DNA of 64,000 nucleotides. Origin: the human T2T-CHM13v2.0 reference genome, Homo sapiens. The notes under the pieces were generated by a model. It ran no database searches, had not been told where the DNA came from, and saw only the letters and a list, made by a program, of their open reading frames with translations. The position numbers and the translations under genes are program-made. The stretch lies in the NCBI RefSeq assembly GCF_009914755.1, contig NC_060948.1; one strand, written 5' to 3'. Of the stretch, positions 15,455-31,848 are shown one piece after another. The stretch's first letter is position 1. Every line of letters starts with the position of its first letter.

Positions 15455-15778
15455 CAGTAGTCCCCCATTACCTTCATTTTTGCTTTCTATGGTTTCAGTC
15501 TCCCAGTGCCAAAAAATATTTAATGGAAAAATCTCAGAAATAAAATATAAGTTTTAAATTGCATGCCACTCTGGGTAGCATGATGAAAACTCAAACTACT
15601 ACAGCTACTCCTACTCTCTCTAGTGTATCCACACTGTCTATGCTACCCACACAGTAGTCACTTAGTAGTCATCTTAGCTACAAGATTAGAAAAACATAAT
15701 AAAATACAGGGTTTGGAACTATCGGCAGCTTCCAGAGTATCATGGAACATATAACTCCGGTAAAACAGGGAACTACTG
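15455..15778 (+). mobile_element. MER44 (Tigger7-derived MITE), complete
   Basis: TA-cagtagtcccc...gggaactactg-TA terminal inverted repeats. Confidence 0.85.
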
Positions 15779-15954
15779 TAATAAAATTATTTATTTAAAA
15801 TTTTACCTCAAAATAATACGTAATAATTAAATGTCACATTTAGTCTTAACCCATAGACTTCTAAATGAAAACAAATGTCTAAGCAGAGGGAAAAAAATTG
15901 AACCTCAAAAGGCAAATCTCTTCAAATTAATGTAATGTATAATAAAAGTTTTCA

Positions 15955-16053
<99 letters not shown>

Positions 16054-17470
16054 CTAAAGAGCAAAGGAAAAAGAATATTTAGAGAAAAATAAATATTAAA
16101 ATAAAAATACTCTTGATTTTAACAATATATACATGGCCATACTTAACTTATAAGTAACAAATAATAAATCAATACGTAATGATGAATATTAAAAATTATA
16201 AATGTGATAATAAAAAATAAAGTAATATTACAATATTATTAAAATAGCTAGCAATGAAGATTTACATACTAATAATGTTTAAGAAGTTTCTAGTACCATA
16301 AAAAAGTAACAAAGTAAAAATTGCTAATATTTTAACTGAATATTTATTTTGCCCAGGCCAGCCATGTTTCAGATTACAGCAAAAAAACTAACATTAAATA
16401 TAACAAGGTGTAACCAAATATTCCAACATTTAAAAAAAATCTGTATCTCAAATGCCACAAAAAAACTGCAACCTCTAACTTCATTTAAGTAACATTCATA
16501 AAGCTACAGGAGTATTCTATCAGAAAATGCAGTATTAGCCTAGAAATACTTTCAAAGAGAACAGTAATTTGTTAATAGATCAAGTACCACTATTCTTTAC
16601 AAACTACTGCTCTTAGCAAAAAGTACAGAATCAAAACAGTGCTTAAAATTTAAATTCAAAATTTAAAATATACAGTTCTGGAAAATACTCTTTAGAAATA
16701 TTTATAATTTTAAAGACATTACATTTTCCATAGATATAAAGTAACTGTTTGTAATATTTAAGGTTATAAGCAATTTTCTAAGTAAAACCATTTGCACAGC
16801 TCTACCTCACAAAGTACTAATACAACTAAAACCTATTATTGTTACAGTTATAAAGTTAAACTCAACTCCTCCAAACTAAAATAAAACCAATAAATATTGA
16901 ATCTGAAATATACATAGCAAAACCATGCTAAACAATGCAGTAAGAAAGTGGCTTGTACTTATAATCTCAGCTGCCTAAGCAGCTTTAACATTTTAAAAAT
17001 AAAATAACAAAATGATAGAGTGCCACTTCAAGAGCTACTAATGATTGTAACAAATTGGCAGAGCAATATAACTAAATCAATGCTGTGTAAACTGGGACTG
17101 AAAATAAATGTAACCAAAACTGACAGAGAAAACAGTGAGAGGTAAACAACACTATTTTTCTCTCTTTCTCTTTCTCTCACACACACATGCAAATAGCAAA
17201 ACTGACCAAAACCAGGTGAAAGCAAAAGTCACAAGTAATGAAAAATGAAGTAAAATATAAGCACTTAAATTCATAAAAAACACATTTTCAAATAGGGCAC
17301 TAGAGATCACTGGGGAGTATCAGAAGGAAAGAAAATACAGAGTAAAACATTCAAAATATTTTAACTGCAAAAAATTACAATTAAAAATGGCTAACCATCT
17401 CAATGCAAAAAAGCAGGGGCAGAGGGCATGACAAAATGTATCACTTTTTCATGATTAAACAGAAAAAATT

Positions 17471-17795
17471 GGCTTGGCGAGGTGGCATATGTCTGTCATC
17501 CCAGCACTTTGAAAGGCCGAGGTGGGTGGATCGCTTCAGCCCAGGAGTTCAAGACCAGTCTGACCAACATGGTGAGACCCCATCTCTACAAAAAAGTATA
17601 AAAATTAACCGGGCATAGTGTCACACACCTGTAATCTTGTAATCTCAGCTACTCAGGAGGGTTAGGAAGGAGAAGTGCTTGAACCTGGGAGGTGGAGGCT
17701 GCAGGGAGCCAAGATTGAGTCACTGCACTTCAGCCGAGCGACAGAATGAGAGCCTGTCTCCAAAACACAACAATACAAAAACCCAAACCTCAAAA
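17471..17795 (+). mobile_element. AluS/J
   Basis: Alu motifs. Confidence 0.92.
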
Positions 17796-17829
17796 ATTAT
17801 AAATGGAAGGGAGATTCTTCAATGTAAGA

Positions 17830-20200
17830 AAGGCCATATGTGATAAGCCCTCCAAAAATGTCAGTGAAAACACTGACAGCTCTTCCCGTAATATCAAGAA
17901 CTACAAAGGAAACCAAAATCACATTTCTACTCAACTTAGTAATGAAAGTTCTAGCTAAGCAATTAGACAAGAAATAAAATGCATTCAAGTCAGAAAAGCA
18001 AGTAAGCTCATTTTCCTGAGATGATATGATCTATTAAAAAATTATTAAGCATACACAACCACACACACACACACACACACATGCACACACAGCAAAGTTG
18101 CCAGATTCAAAATCAACATTCAAAAATTAGTTGTACTTTAGTCCCTCCTTATCTGCAGTTTCACTTTCCATGGTTTCAGTTACCCACATGCAAATGAAGT
18201 CCAAAAATAGTAAATAAAAAAAATCCAGAAATAAAACAATTTGTAAGTTGTAAACCATGTGCTGTTCTTAGTAGCATTATCAAATCTCACAACATTCATG
18301 CCACTGGGAACTAAGTCATCACTTTTTCCAGCGTACCTGCATTATATATATGTACCCACCCTGTACATGCTTCTAAGTCTCTTACTTAGTTGCTATCTTG
18401 ATTATCAGCTTGAAAACCGTGATCCATATATAGTGTCCAGTACTATTTGAGTTTTCAGGTAACCTAAGGAAAAGTCTTGAAATTGTCTCCCACAAGTAAA
18501 GCTGATGGAGAAGTTGTAGGGGTATGGGGATGAGAAGGATTACTGTACACTAACCATAGCAATTAACAATTTGAAAAGAAAATTAAGAAAACAATTCTAT
18601 TAACAGGATTAAAAAGAAAAAAATTTTGAAGGAACAAGTGTACCAAAAGTGAAATATCTGTACACTGAAAACTACAAAAAATGCTAAAAGAAATTAAAGA
18701 CACAAATGAATGACAGACATTCTGTGTTCATGAACTGAAATTCCTGATACTTTTGCAATGACAGCACTTTCCAAAGCAGTTTACGGATGTAAAACAATCC
18801 CTATGAAAACTGCATACTGATTTGCAGAAAATGAAAAACTCATCCTAAAATTCACATTGCAAAGGGCCAAAAACAGCCAAATAACTGTTGAAAAAATGAA
18901 GTGAAGAATTTGCACATTCAAAGTTCATACAGACTAAAACATGATAGTAAATGAAACAATACGGTATTGGTATAACAATAAAAGAGAGCCCAGAAATAAA
19001 ATGCCCACACAGATGGCAAACTGATTTTCACCAGAGGTGCCAAAACATGTCAATGGAAAATAGTGTTCTAAACAAATGGTGCTTGAAAAATTCAATATCC
19101 ACATTGAAAATAATGAAAATTGGTCCTTATTTTATACTACATATAAAAAATTAACTGAAAATGAATCAAAGCCCTAAATGTAAGGCTTGAATAGTAAAAC
19201 TCTTAAAAAAAATTGCATGATGTCTTCACATCTTGGATTTCACAGTGATGTCTTAAACCTGACACTAAAAACATAGGTAACAAAAAGAAAAACTCGACTT
19301 CTCCAAAATTAAAACTTCTGTACATCAAAGGACACTATCAAAATAGTGAAAACAGCAAAGTGGGACAAAATATATGCAAATCATGTATTTGGCAATGGGA
19401 TTAATATTCAGAATATATTTAGAACTCCTACAATTTGACAACCAAACCCCTCACAACCAATTCAAAAAAGGGCAAAGGATTTGAATAGACATTTCTCCAA
19501 GAAGCTATACATGTGGCCAATAAGCACATGAAAGGATGCTCAAAACCATTAGTTTAAGGGTACTCTAAATCAAACAATAATGAAATATCACTTCACAATC
19601 ACCAGGATGAAGGCCGTGGAGAAATTTGAACCCTTGTGTATTGCCATTAAGAATGGTACAAATACTGTGCAAAACAGCTTGGTGGTTCCTTAAAATACTA
19701 AACAAAATTATATTTCTCAGCAATTCCACTAGATACATACCCAAATGAAAACAAAGACTCACATAAATACTTGTACACCGCTGTGTATAGCAGTATTATT
19801 CACAATTGCCAAAATATGGAAATAATTCAGCCGTTCATTTACAGATGAACTGCTAAGCAAAAATATAAATGTGAATGAGTATAACAAAATATTGTTCAGG
19901 CACAAAAAATAATGAAGTGAGAATGTGAATGAACCCTGAAGATTCAAAGCTAAGTAAAATAAGCAAGACACAAAAAGATAAATACTGTATGATCCATTTG
20001 TGTGATGTATCCCAACACAGACAAATTCAAAGACATAAAGCAAAGGATATCACGAGCTGAAGTCAGAAGAAAATGAAGACTTATTAAGTACAGATTTTGT
20101 ATTACGAATGATAAAAAAAGTTATGGAAACAAACAGTGGCAATAGTTACACAATACTGTGAATGTACTTAATGCTACTAAAATGGCACACTTAAAAGCAC
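17830..20200 (+). mobile_element. Old L1M ORF2 3' end and 3'UTR, interrupted by (CA)n and a MER44
   Basis: L1 motifs such as aacaaatggtgcttgaaaa and ttgaatagacatttctccaagaag. Confidence 0.85.
18139..18545 (+). mobile_element. MER44-family MITE nested in L1
   Basis: tagtccctccttatctgcagtttcactttcc...ggattactg-TA. Confidence 0.75.
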
Positions 20201-20784
20201 ATAAAATATGCCTTAGGAGGTTGAGGCAAGAGGATTTCCTTAGGCCAGGAGTTTGAGGCCTGCGTGTGCCACATAACAAGACCCCATCTTTACAAAAATG
20301 TTTTAAAAACCAGATGGGCATGGTGGCACGTGCCTATAGTCTTAAAGGTAAAAGAAGAAAAAAATAGTAAATGTCAAGGGATGTTTATTTCACTAGTTAT
20401 AAAACAAACCAAAAAACAAAAAACAAGAAATACAGTCAGTATAGCATGCTGCTTTATGAAAAGGTTTATACATAAACCTATACATAGATTTGAGCCCAGG
20501 CTGGTCTCGAACTCCTGGCCTCAAGCAATCCTCTTGCTTCAGCCTCTGAAAGCACATTTTATTATTTTTAAGTGTACCATTTAAGTACATTCACAGTGTT
20601 GTGTAACCATCATCACTATTTTCAAAGCCTTTTCACCACTTGAAATACAAAATCTGTCACTTTACTAACTCCCCATTCTCTTCTGACTGCAGCCCCTGGT
20701 AACCTTTACTTTAGATCTTTAAATTTGTCTATTCTGTATATTTCATATAGGTAGATCACAGCATTTGTCCTTTTCTGCCTGGCT

Positions 20785-21036
20785 TTTTATTTTTATTTTT
20801 TGAGAGCTCATTGCAACCTCCACCTCCAGGGTTCAAGACAGTCTCCTGCCTCAGCCTCCTGAGTAGCTGGGATTACAGGGCACATGCCATTACCACCAGC
20901 TAATTTTTGTATTTTTAGTAGAGATGGGGTTTCACCATGTTGGCCAGGATGGTCTTGATCTCTTAACCTCATGATCCGCCCGCCTCGGCCTCCCAAAGTG
21001 CTGGGATTACAGGTGTGAGCCACCGTGCCCAGCCCA
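20785..21036 (-). mobile_element. AluS within an antisense L1MB-like 3' fragment (~20560-21050)
   Basis: Alu and L1 3'UTR motifs. Confidence 0.88.
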
Positions 21037-22039
21037 GCTTATTTCACTTAGTCTTTAAAACAAAACAAAACAAAATACATTCTTATATCCTCAATACCCT
21101 AAATTCTGAAAATTTTTAGAGAAATTAGTATATAAAAGTGTTCTCATTAGCAAAGCGGTTTGGGAACTATGACAGAAAACAGTAAAACTTTTGTTTTAGC
21201 TTTTTATATTTATTTTAAGCCACAAAAATATATCCACTGAAAATATTAAAATAAAGAATAACCATAAACATTTAAAAAACATCTTCATCCAAATGACATG
21301 GTGCCCCCACTCCATATCCCCAAGCAATTCTTGAGTTAGTAATACTTAAGACTCATCTTATGCACCAGTCCTAGAATCAGCCACTTCTCCAAGGAGCACT
21401 AGTTCCTTTTACTAGAGAATAGTATTAGTAACAAAGATCCGGGCAGTAGGTGTGCTTGCTAATAGTGTGGCATCACTGCTTCAGTTCATCTTGGCTGACA
21501 GAACAAGGATATACAGATATATATATAGCTATCTATATAAAAATACATTAATCCAAACATGAGTTCATACTGATATCACCAGATATAATCCATTTCCCAT
21601 AGTTCATTCTACTATCCCCCAATGGGGTATTTGTAGACTCCTACCTCAACAGGGAATAAACTGCTCCCAAGAATACCATTCGTTTTCTTATTTGCAGAAT
21701 TTCTTATTTTCCTATTTCATCTTCTCATTTCTTTTTCTCCTCCTCTATTTTTCTGTTATTTTCTATTTCTTATTTCACTGTCTTATTTGTAGAATGCCAG
21801 TATGTTATAGTTTTTGAATTTCTAAAATTTATCCCCATAACAACTTTCCCACTAACAGCACAATTCTTAGGCATAAGATTGTTTTATTTTGTTTAAACGT
21901 AGTTTCATTTCCAAAGATCAGTAGATTTCTCCCATTACTCTCTTCAAAGAGATGATGTGATACATTTATAACAAAATTTATTTGGATACAGTCTATGTTC
22001 CATTCTGGAATTTCCTGACCTCACATTATTTTTTTAAAT

Positions 22040-23250
22040 TTTATATACATTAAAGGTTCATTCTTTAGGCTCTAAAGTCAGTTGCTTGTCTTAAATAAGT
22101 AAGCTAATGTATCCAAGATAATGTCATATATCCAACAATAGAGCAGCATGCAAAATGATTTGATTATTCTAACATAGCCTGGGGGCTTCATCTAATTATC
22201 ACTCCTCTCTAAACTCCCTGAAAACACCTGATCTCATTACTATCCTTACAGTTTTTACAAAATGGCAAATAAATAGATTAACAAAGTATGGTGTCTTTTT
22301 GTAATGGCTTCTTTAACTTAACAATGTGTATTTAAGATTCAATTTTGTTGGTACGTGAATTCATAGTTCATTCCTTTGCAATATTTAGTAATATTAAATA
22401 GTATGTATTAGCACAGTTTTACACACTCACCTAGTGAAATGTATCTTGGTAGTTTCCATTATGCAGCAGTTAGGAATAAGCATTCATACACAGATTTTTG
22501 TTAGGAAAGAGACTTTCAAGTCAGTTTGGAAAACGTGCAGAAGGACTTGAGTAATACGTAAAGTCTGTATTTAGTATTATAAGAAACTGTCTTTCAAAAT
22601 GACTGTTTCAATTTGCATTACCAAAAGCAATGGATTATTTATTTATGTTACTGTGTAACTTACCAGACATAATATTGTTAGGCTCTTAAAAATTTAGACT
22701 TTCTAACAGTTGTATGCTAATAGTACTAACTTATTTTTTGTTTTAACATGAATTTACCTAGTAACATCTTTTCATGTTATGTGCAATCTGAGTATCTTCT
22801 TCAATGTGTTTCTCTTCATATATTTTCACCATTTTAAATATTTTCTTATTATTACTACTGTTGGGTTTTACAAGTTTCTTGTATCATTCTACAAAGCCCT
22901 TTATTCAATATGTGATTTTTACATATTTTCTCCCAGTCTATGGCTCATCTTTTCAATCTTTTAACAGTGTTTCTGAGAGCAAAAGATTTTAATGCTAATT
23001 ATCAAATATAAGTATTTTTTTCACAAGGATGGTACAAAGTGTTATATCTAAAAACTAATAATAAAGACAACTTCTTATATATTTGTATACTTGTGATCCA
23101 TTTTGAATTCCATTTTGTGTACAGTGTGAGGTAGAGATCCACATTTTTTCTGCATAAATGTCCAACTGCTCATTATCATTTTTTGGAAGCACAATGCTAT
23201 CATCACTGTATTATACACAGAGAACACTGTCAAAATCAGTTGACTAGACA
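22040..23250 (-). mobile_element. Decayed L1M fragments
   Basis: Antisense L1 3'/ORF2 motifs. Confidence 0.6.
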
Positions 23251-24135
23251 AGCCCTGGAAGTCACTTGAGACACAACCAAAAGACAGCTTAGAAAACCAG
23301 AATTGGAAGTGTAAACTAGCTAGGCATTCTGGGTCTAGACCAATGTAGTAACAGTATTAGGACCTCCCACCTAAAAGAACAGCATGCCCAGGCTCATTCC
23401 CATCACTGAAAATACAAACAGTAGAGCACCCAAAAAAGTAAAAGAACCTAGTGGATCCCTTTTAATAAACGGCATATTCAAAAGTCCTTTTCTAAGTGTC
23501 CTTTCATCCCCGTGATGCTGAGACTACCTTCCCCAACACAAAGAGGCACCAGTCAACATGGCTGTGGAAAGCATCCTCTTCCCGTGAAACCAGCAACATT
23601 AGAGTGAGAGCCTGAAGGAACACTAAATAAACAAACAGAATAATGTAGAACCACCAATCTCTTACAAAGGAATTTTGTTTAGAACCACAGTCTGGAAGAG
23701 TAGAGACAGAATCTACATCACAAAAATGCTTCAATAATCACTTCAAATTCCCTTGAAACAAACGAAAATGACAAAGATCTCAGCAAAGAAATACAAGTTT
23801 AAAATGAAAGAAATTGAATTATAAAATTTAAAGATGCTAAAACAAAACTCACTGAACAGCTCAGTAGCACAGCAGAAATGAAAAGAGAACATAATCTTCT
23901 GTTACAATGAACCTGAGGGCTTGGCAACATAATTTACATTTGCACAACAACAAAAAAAATCAGATTAAATACATACATAAAACGAAGACCTATGGACCAA
24001 TAATGAAATATCAAGCATTTACAACATAAGCATTCATAAATATGAAGCACATGTGACAAAAAGAGTAAATGATAAAATTATGGTTAAATGTCACAAATTG
24101 TCAACAGACATAAACCTATTCAAAAGGCTGAGCAG

Positions 24136-24435
24136 GCTGGATGTGGTGGCTCACGTCTGTAATCCCAGCACTTTGGGAGGCTGAGGTGGGTGGATCACAT
24201 GAGGTCAGGAGTTTGAGACCAGCTGGCCAAGATGGTGAAACCCTGTCTCTGCTAAAAATACAAAAATCAGCCAGGCTTGGTGGCGGGCACCTGTAATCTC
24301 AGCTACTCAGGAGGCTGAGTCAGGAGAATTGCTAGAACCGGGGACGTGGAGGTTGCAGTGAGCCGAGACTGAGCCATTGTACTCCAGCCTGGGTGAGAAG
24401 AGGGTGACTCTATCTCAAAAAACAAAAAACAAAAA
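24136..24435 (+). mobile_element. AluSx-like element
   Basis: TSD aaaaggctgagca / aaaaggctgaaca. Confidence 0.93.
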
Positions 24436-25196
24436 AGGCTGAACAAAGCTCCATGGGATAAATCCAAAAATATCTATGGCAAATATGAATTTCCCACCTG
24501 AAACCACAAACAAGAAAGGAAATCGTGTATTAGTCAACTGCTGAAAGAAAAGACTTTTCAACATAAATTATATCTGGTAAAAATGTATGTCAGGAACAAA
24601 GAAAAAGAAATACATTCTCAGATAAAGAAATTTGTTGGTAGCCAACCTACCACAAAAAGTATGATAAAAATCGAGTTCTTCAAAAAGAAATGATAAAAAG
24701 GAATCTTAGAGAATCTGAAAGAAAAAAAAAGAGCAGACATGTGTACTCAAAATAAGATTTCAACATATAAGTTTATAAAACCATGCATGGTTATTTTTAA
24801 AAAAGTATCTGGTATAACAGACTTATTTTTAAAGTGCGGAAGGTAAAAAGGCAAGGAAATAGATATAAGGGATGTCTACATTTCAACTGAAGTAGCAAAA
24901 TGTCAACACTAGATGTCACATGTGCATATTGTAAATAACCAGAGAAACTAAAGAAAATTATATAGATATTTTCAAACATCCAACTGATATGTCAATATGA
25001 AATTTTAGAAGATAAATCACATAATCCCAAACAGGTCAATAATCTTCCTCAATGCAGTATGTAAAGACAACCATGGGTTTAAAAAAAAAAGAAAAAAACT
25101 CACTGTATGCCATTTACAAACAATAAGTTTCAAATTTAACACAGAATGAAAGTATGAGAATAGAAAAATGGCAAATAATATTTATAATATTTTTTT

Positions 25197-25797
<601 letters not shown>

Positions 25798-26600
25798 CGT
25801 AAAATGAATTTACCAACCCCGTGCTGGGGTCTGACATCTTGCCTGGCAAATACAGACTCTGGAAACATAATTTAAACAGTCATTTAAAAACCAAATGTGG
25901 ACTACAGTAATAAACAAAATCAAATTCTGAGGAGAGGGAAGAAACTGTCTTCTAGAACTGACATCTTAAAATATTTAAAATGTCAAACAAAACATAATGA
26001 ACATGTAAAAAAGCAACAGAGTTGCTTCTTTCAAAAAATAAAGATTTCTGGTTTCCAATTTGGCATTTAAGAAGCTGGAAGTCATCACTCCATCCTAGCA
26101 AAGTAAAAATCCAAACAAGCTGAAAGATCAACAGCTCTTTTTAGATTCATCAGAGAAGTGGGGGTCACAGCACAAGTCAACAAACCCAAAATGGAGGAAA
26201 ATGACAGACCAATGCAGGGAGTAAGGACTGGCCAGAGCAAACACCCCCGAGCACTATCCTCAGAAGGAACCAGTGCTGTCACAGGGAAATCTGAACTGTG
26301 AGTGACAAATTACAGGAGCTCAGCATGGACACATGTGAGAGATACAAATACCAGGGGGACCCAGTTATCTGGGGCACACACATAAATTTCTGAGTTTTAC
26401 CTCCAGTTTCTCACAGTGAATAATGAGGGAAAAAAAATTCTCCCAACCTAGCTATCCTGTCCTGTATCAACACGGGGAAAAAAATCTGAGAAGCACTATG
26501 AAGTTGACAGCTCAGAACAGACTCATTAAAGACTGAAATCTAAATCACAGACCTAAATACAAAGCTCCTCCTCCCCACCACAACTTACCACAACATTAAG

Positions 26601-26601
<1 letters not shown>

Positions 26602-26640
<39 letters not shown>

Positions 26641-26733
26641 GTATTTATATATATAGATGTGTGTATATAAATATATATATATACATCTAGTATATATATA
26701 TATATACACACATCTATATATATATATATATAG

Positions 26734-26812
<79 letters not shown>

Positions 26813-26817
26813 TCTAG
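26602..26817. repeat. Compound (GT)n/(TA)n/(CA)n microsatellite with nested inverted repeats
   Basis: Read directly. Confidence 0.97.
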
Positions 26818-27958
26818 TAACCAGGTGTGGATATCAAGAAAAAAAATAACCAAAAAGGCAAAAAAACACAGTTGGAAGAGATAGAGCAAGGATCAGAACC
26901 AAACTCAATTATGACACAGATGTTGCGAATATTAGACTAGGAATTTCAGTTAATTGTAATTAAGATCCTAAGAGATTTAACTGATAAAGCAGACAGCAGA
27001 AACAGGTAAAGACAGGAACTCCTAAGAACCAAAGAGAGATGCTAGAGATAGAAAATAATATAATAGAAAAGAAGAATACCTTTGAAGACTTACTGGTAAA
27101 CTAGACAATACTGAGGAAAGAATCTCTCAGCTTGAGATTACCAACCGAAACTTCCTAAATTGAAAAATGAAGAAAAAATGTGAGAAAATGACAAAAAGTG
27201 TAAATTACCTATAACGGGAATTACAGAAAAAGAAACATAAAATATTTGAAACGAAAGTGAGAATATCCACAAATTAATCTCAGACACAAAACCACAGATG
27301 GCGAAAGCTCACAGAACACCAGGCAGAATAAATGCCGACACATTTATACATAGCATATCATTTTCAGACTATACAAAATCAAGATAAAGAAAAATACTGA
27401 AAGAAACTAGAAGGAAAAAAAATTAGACAGCAATGATAAATATTATCTATGTCTTCTCCTTAAAGCAAGAAGTGGAGTAAAATGTCTCTAATGTTTACAG
27501 GGGAAAAGAAAAAAAAAACACCAACCAGGGAGTTTATACCCTGATAAACTGTCCTTCCAAAATGAAGAACACAAAATGACCTACTCAGAAAAATAAAAAA
27601 GGAAAGCAGTTGATGCCAATATACCTGCTTTGTAAAGAATGCTAAAACAAATTATTAGAGAGAAGGAAAGCGACAATGGTCAGAAACTCAATATGCATAA
27701 AGAAAAGAAGAGCATCAAAAAAGGGGTAAGTGGAGGTAATATAAACACTTATAAAAATTCTTAGTTGATCTAACAAATTAACAGTTCATTTTAAAACAAT
27801 ATAAGTGAAATGAATGACAAGAATGATACAGGGAGAGGGAGGTAAAATTAGGATTATTTTATTATTCTAAAGTACTCTCACTACCAGTGAAGGGGTAATG
27901 AGCAATAGTGCTGCTTTATAGTGGACTTCTATTAGTGCACAATTAAGAGTTAAGTGAC

Positions 27959-28246
27959 AGCCTGGGCGTGGTGGCTTACGCCTGTAATCCCAGTACTTTG
28001 AGAGACAGGGTGAGTGGATCACCTGAGCTGAGGAGTTTGAAACCATGATGAAACCCCGTCTCTACTAAAAATGCAAAAATTAGCAGGGCGTGGTGGCGCA
28101 TGCCTGTAATCTTAGCTATTCAGGATGCTAAGGCAAGAGAATTGCCTGAACCCGGGAGGCGGAGGCTGCAGTGAGCAGAGATCACTCCATTGTACTCCAG
28201 CCTAGGCAACAAGAGTGAAACTCTGCTTTGGGTGGGGGAAAAAAAA
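27959..28246 (+). mobile_element. AluS
   Basis: TSD aagagt(t)aagtgacag. Confidence 0.92.
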
Positions 28247-28389
28247 GAGTAAGTGACAGTAAGACAGGAGTGAAAATGCAATCTTACATAATGCTCAGTT
28301 AAACCACAAAAAGTGGAAACAAGTCAGAGACAAAAATAGAAACAAAGAAAAAGGCAACAAACAAAACCAGCAGATACTAATCCAATTAA

Positions 28390-28705
28390 AGTCACATTCC
28401 ACCTAACGACTTTTTCAGTAAATGACAGATTGTGTAAATTACAGTGGTCCCATACAGTTATAATGGACCTGAAAAATTCTTAACCCAGGTGGCATCAGAG
28501 CCATGTTAAAGTCTTAGTGCCGTGGAATACCTGTGTTTGTGGTGATGTCAGTGTAAATAAACTTACTGCACTGCCAGTTGCCTAGAAGTGCAGAATAGTA
28601 TAACATATTCAGCAATGATAATAAATAACCATGTTACTGATTTATGTATTTACTATACTATTTATTGTTATTTTAGAGTATACTCTTCCTACTAATTAAA
28701 AAACC
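28390..28705 (+). mobile_element. Tigger3/Golem-family fragment
   Basis: acagtggtccca...ttataatgga.ctgaaaaattc...gtgtttgtggtgatg. Confidence 0.7.
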
Positions 28706-29052
28706 CACTTAAAATATTTTAAAAAATATTAAAAGTAGATGATATGAAAAGATAAAATATATGCTAATTGTAATTTTAAAAAAAGCAGGAAACACAGCAG
28801 ACTTCAAGCCAAGCAACGTTTTCTGGGATAAAGAGCAGCATTACATAGTAACAAAGGAGTCCACTCTCCAAGAAGACATAACAATCCTTAACATTTATGC
28901 ACCTAACAATGGATACATAAGGCAAAAAAAGGCAGACCACCAAGGAAACATAGAGGAATTCAGTAGCTGAGTAGGAGAATTTAATATCAATCAATAAAAA
29001 CATAGAAACAGTGGATATCAAAATCAACAACACCATCAACCAACTGAATATA

Positions 29053-29232
29053 TAGTCATCCCTTGATATTCATGGGGGATTGGTTCTAGTACCCCAGAAG
29101 ATACCAAAATCCACACATACTAAAGCTCCACAAATTACCCTGTGTAACCAGGGTATGTAAGAGTCAACTCTCTGTATCCCTGGGTCTTCATCTCACAAAC
29201 ACTGCATTTTCAACCTCCATTTGTTTTTGGAA
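29053..29232 (+). mobile_element. MER8/MER2-like (Tigger2 group) MITE fragment
   Basis: gggggattggttc...ataccaaaatccac. Confidence 0.7.
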
Positions 29233-29723
29233 GTGTAGCCTGCAGCAGCAGGAGAATACACATTCTTCTTAAATTCAAATAAAACATTCACAAAGTCACA
29301 ACACATTCTGCATCGTAAAATATACCTTAACAAATTTCAAAGAATAAGAAATTATACAACGTGTGGAGGGCAGCTTGAATCTACAAATCAGACTTAAACT
29401 AGAAGTCAATAAAATTAAAAGGACTAATCTTCAAAATAGTTCAAGATTAAATAGCACACTCCTATTAGCTTTAATCTAGGAATCGACAGATGTATAAACT
29501 AGAAGTCAATAAAAGTAAAAGGACTGGTTAATTTCCAAAATAGTTCAAGATTGAATAGCACACTCCTATTATAGCACGAGTAAAAAGATTTCTCAAGAAA
29601 ATAAAACAACATTTTGAATTAAAGGAAAATAAAACTTATAAAAGTTTGTCGGATGGAGCAAAAGCAGTGCTTACAGTGGAATTTACAACACTGAATGCAT
29701 ATATCAAAAAAGAGGACATACTG

Positions 29724-30315
<592 letters not shown>

Positions 30316-31091
30316 TCACTTATGCATACACCTTAAAAAATGTGAAGGAGCAAATTAGATATAAAAAAATTAAGCAATAAAAATTAGAACAGAATGCAAT
30401 CAAACTGAAAACAGGAAATCAATAAAAAACAAGTCAATGAAACCAAACTAGTTCTGTGAAAAGATCCATACATCAATAATCCCCTACCTTTCAGGCTAAT
30501 AAGAAAAGAAGACACAAATAACTCACTTCAGAAATGAAAGCGCAAATGTAGCTATTGATGCCAATGGACATTAAAAGATAATAAGAGAATGCAATAAAAA
30601 AAAGGCCAAAAAATCTAGAGGAAGTGAACCAACTTCTTGAGAGGCAATTTGCCAAAACTCACATAATCTGAATAAGTAGATATCAAGTAAAAAAAATTCA
30701 AGGCAATAATAAATAATCTTCTAAAAAAGAAGGCTCTAGGCCTACATCAGCTCACTGGTGAATTCTACCAACATTTAAGGGAAGAAACTACAATTCTCTA
30801 CAATCTCTTTAAAGAGAAAGAAATAGAATACTTGCTAACTCATTTTACATGGCCAGTACTACTCTAAATCCAAAATCAGAAAGACATTTCAAGAAACAAA
30901 AACTACAAATCAAAATATCTTATAAATACGATACAAAAATGTTCAGCAAAATATTAGCAAATGAAATACAATAACCTGTTTTGCAATCCAACCAAGTGAG
31001 ATTTATCCCTGATGTGCAGAGACAGTTTAATTGAAAATCAATTAATGTAATCCGTTAAATCAAAAGGCTTAGAAAAAAAATCACACGATGG

Positions 31092-31372
31092 CAGGCCAAG
31101 GGGATCACTGCAATCCCAGCACTATGGGAGGCTGAGGTGGGCAGATGGCTTGAGCTTAGGGGTTCAAGACCAGCCTGGGTAACATGGTGAAATCCTGACT
31201 CTACTAAAAATACAAAAATTAGCCAGGTGTGGTGGTGCATGCCTGTGCTCCCACCTACTCTGGAGGCTGAGGTGGGAGGATTGCTTGAGATTGGGAGGCA
31301 GAGGTTGCAGGGAGCTCAGATCGCACCTCTATACTCTAGCCTGGGCAACAGAGTGAGACCAAATCTCAAAAA
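31092..31372 (+). mobile_element. AluJ/S
   Basis: Alu motifs. Confidence 0.9.
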
Positions 31373-31555
31373 ATATTAATAGTTAAAAAACAAAAGGTTT
31401 ACAAATTGGGAAGGAAGAAATAAAACTGCTCTCTCCATGGACAACATAAAATATGTAGACAATCTGAAGGAAGTGACAAAAAAACCCTCTTGAAATTAAT
31501 AAGAGATTAACTCACAATTGCATGATCTAAGAGTAATACGAAGAAAGACAACTGT

Positions 31556-31848
<293 letters not shown>

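Noticed and set aside
26553-26889. [12 protein letters not shown] ORFs
   Set aside because: Microsatellite translation artefacts.
28761-28970. L1 endonuclease-like peptide
   Set aside because: A fragment of a decayed L1 ORF2 with stops and frameshifts around it; not a functional gene.
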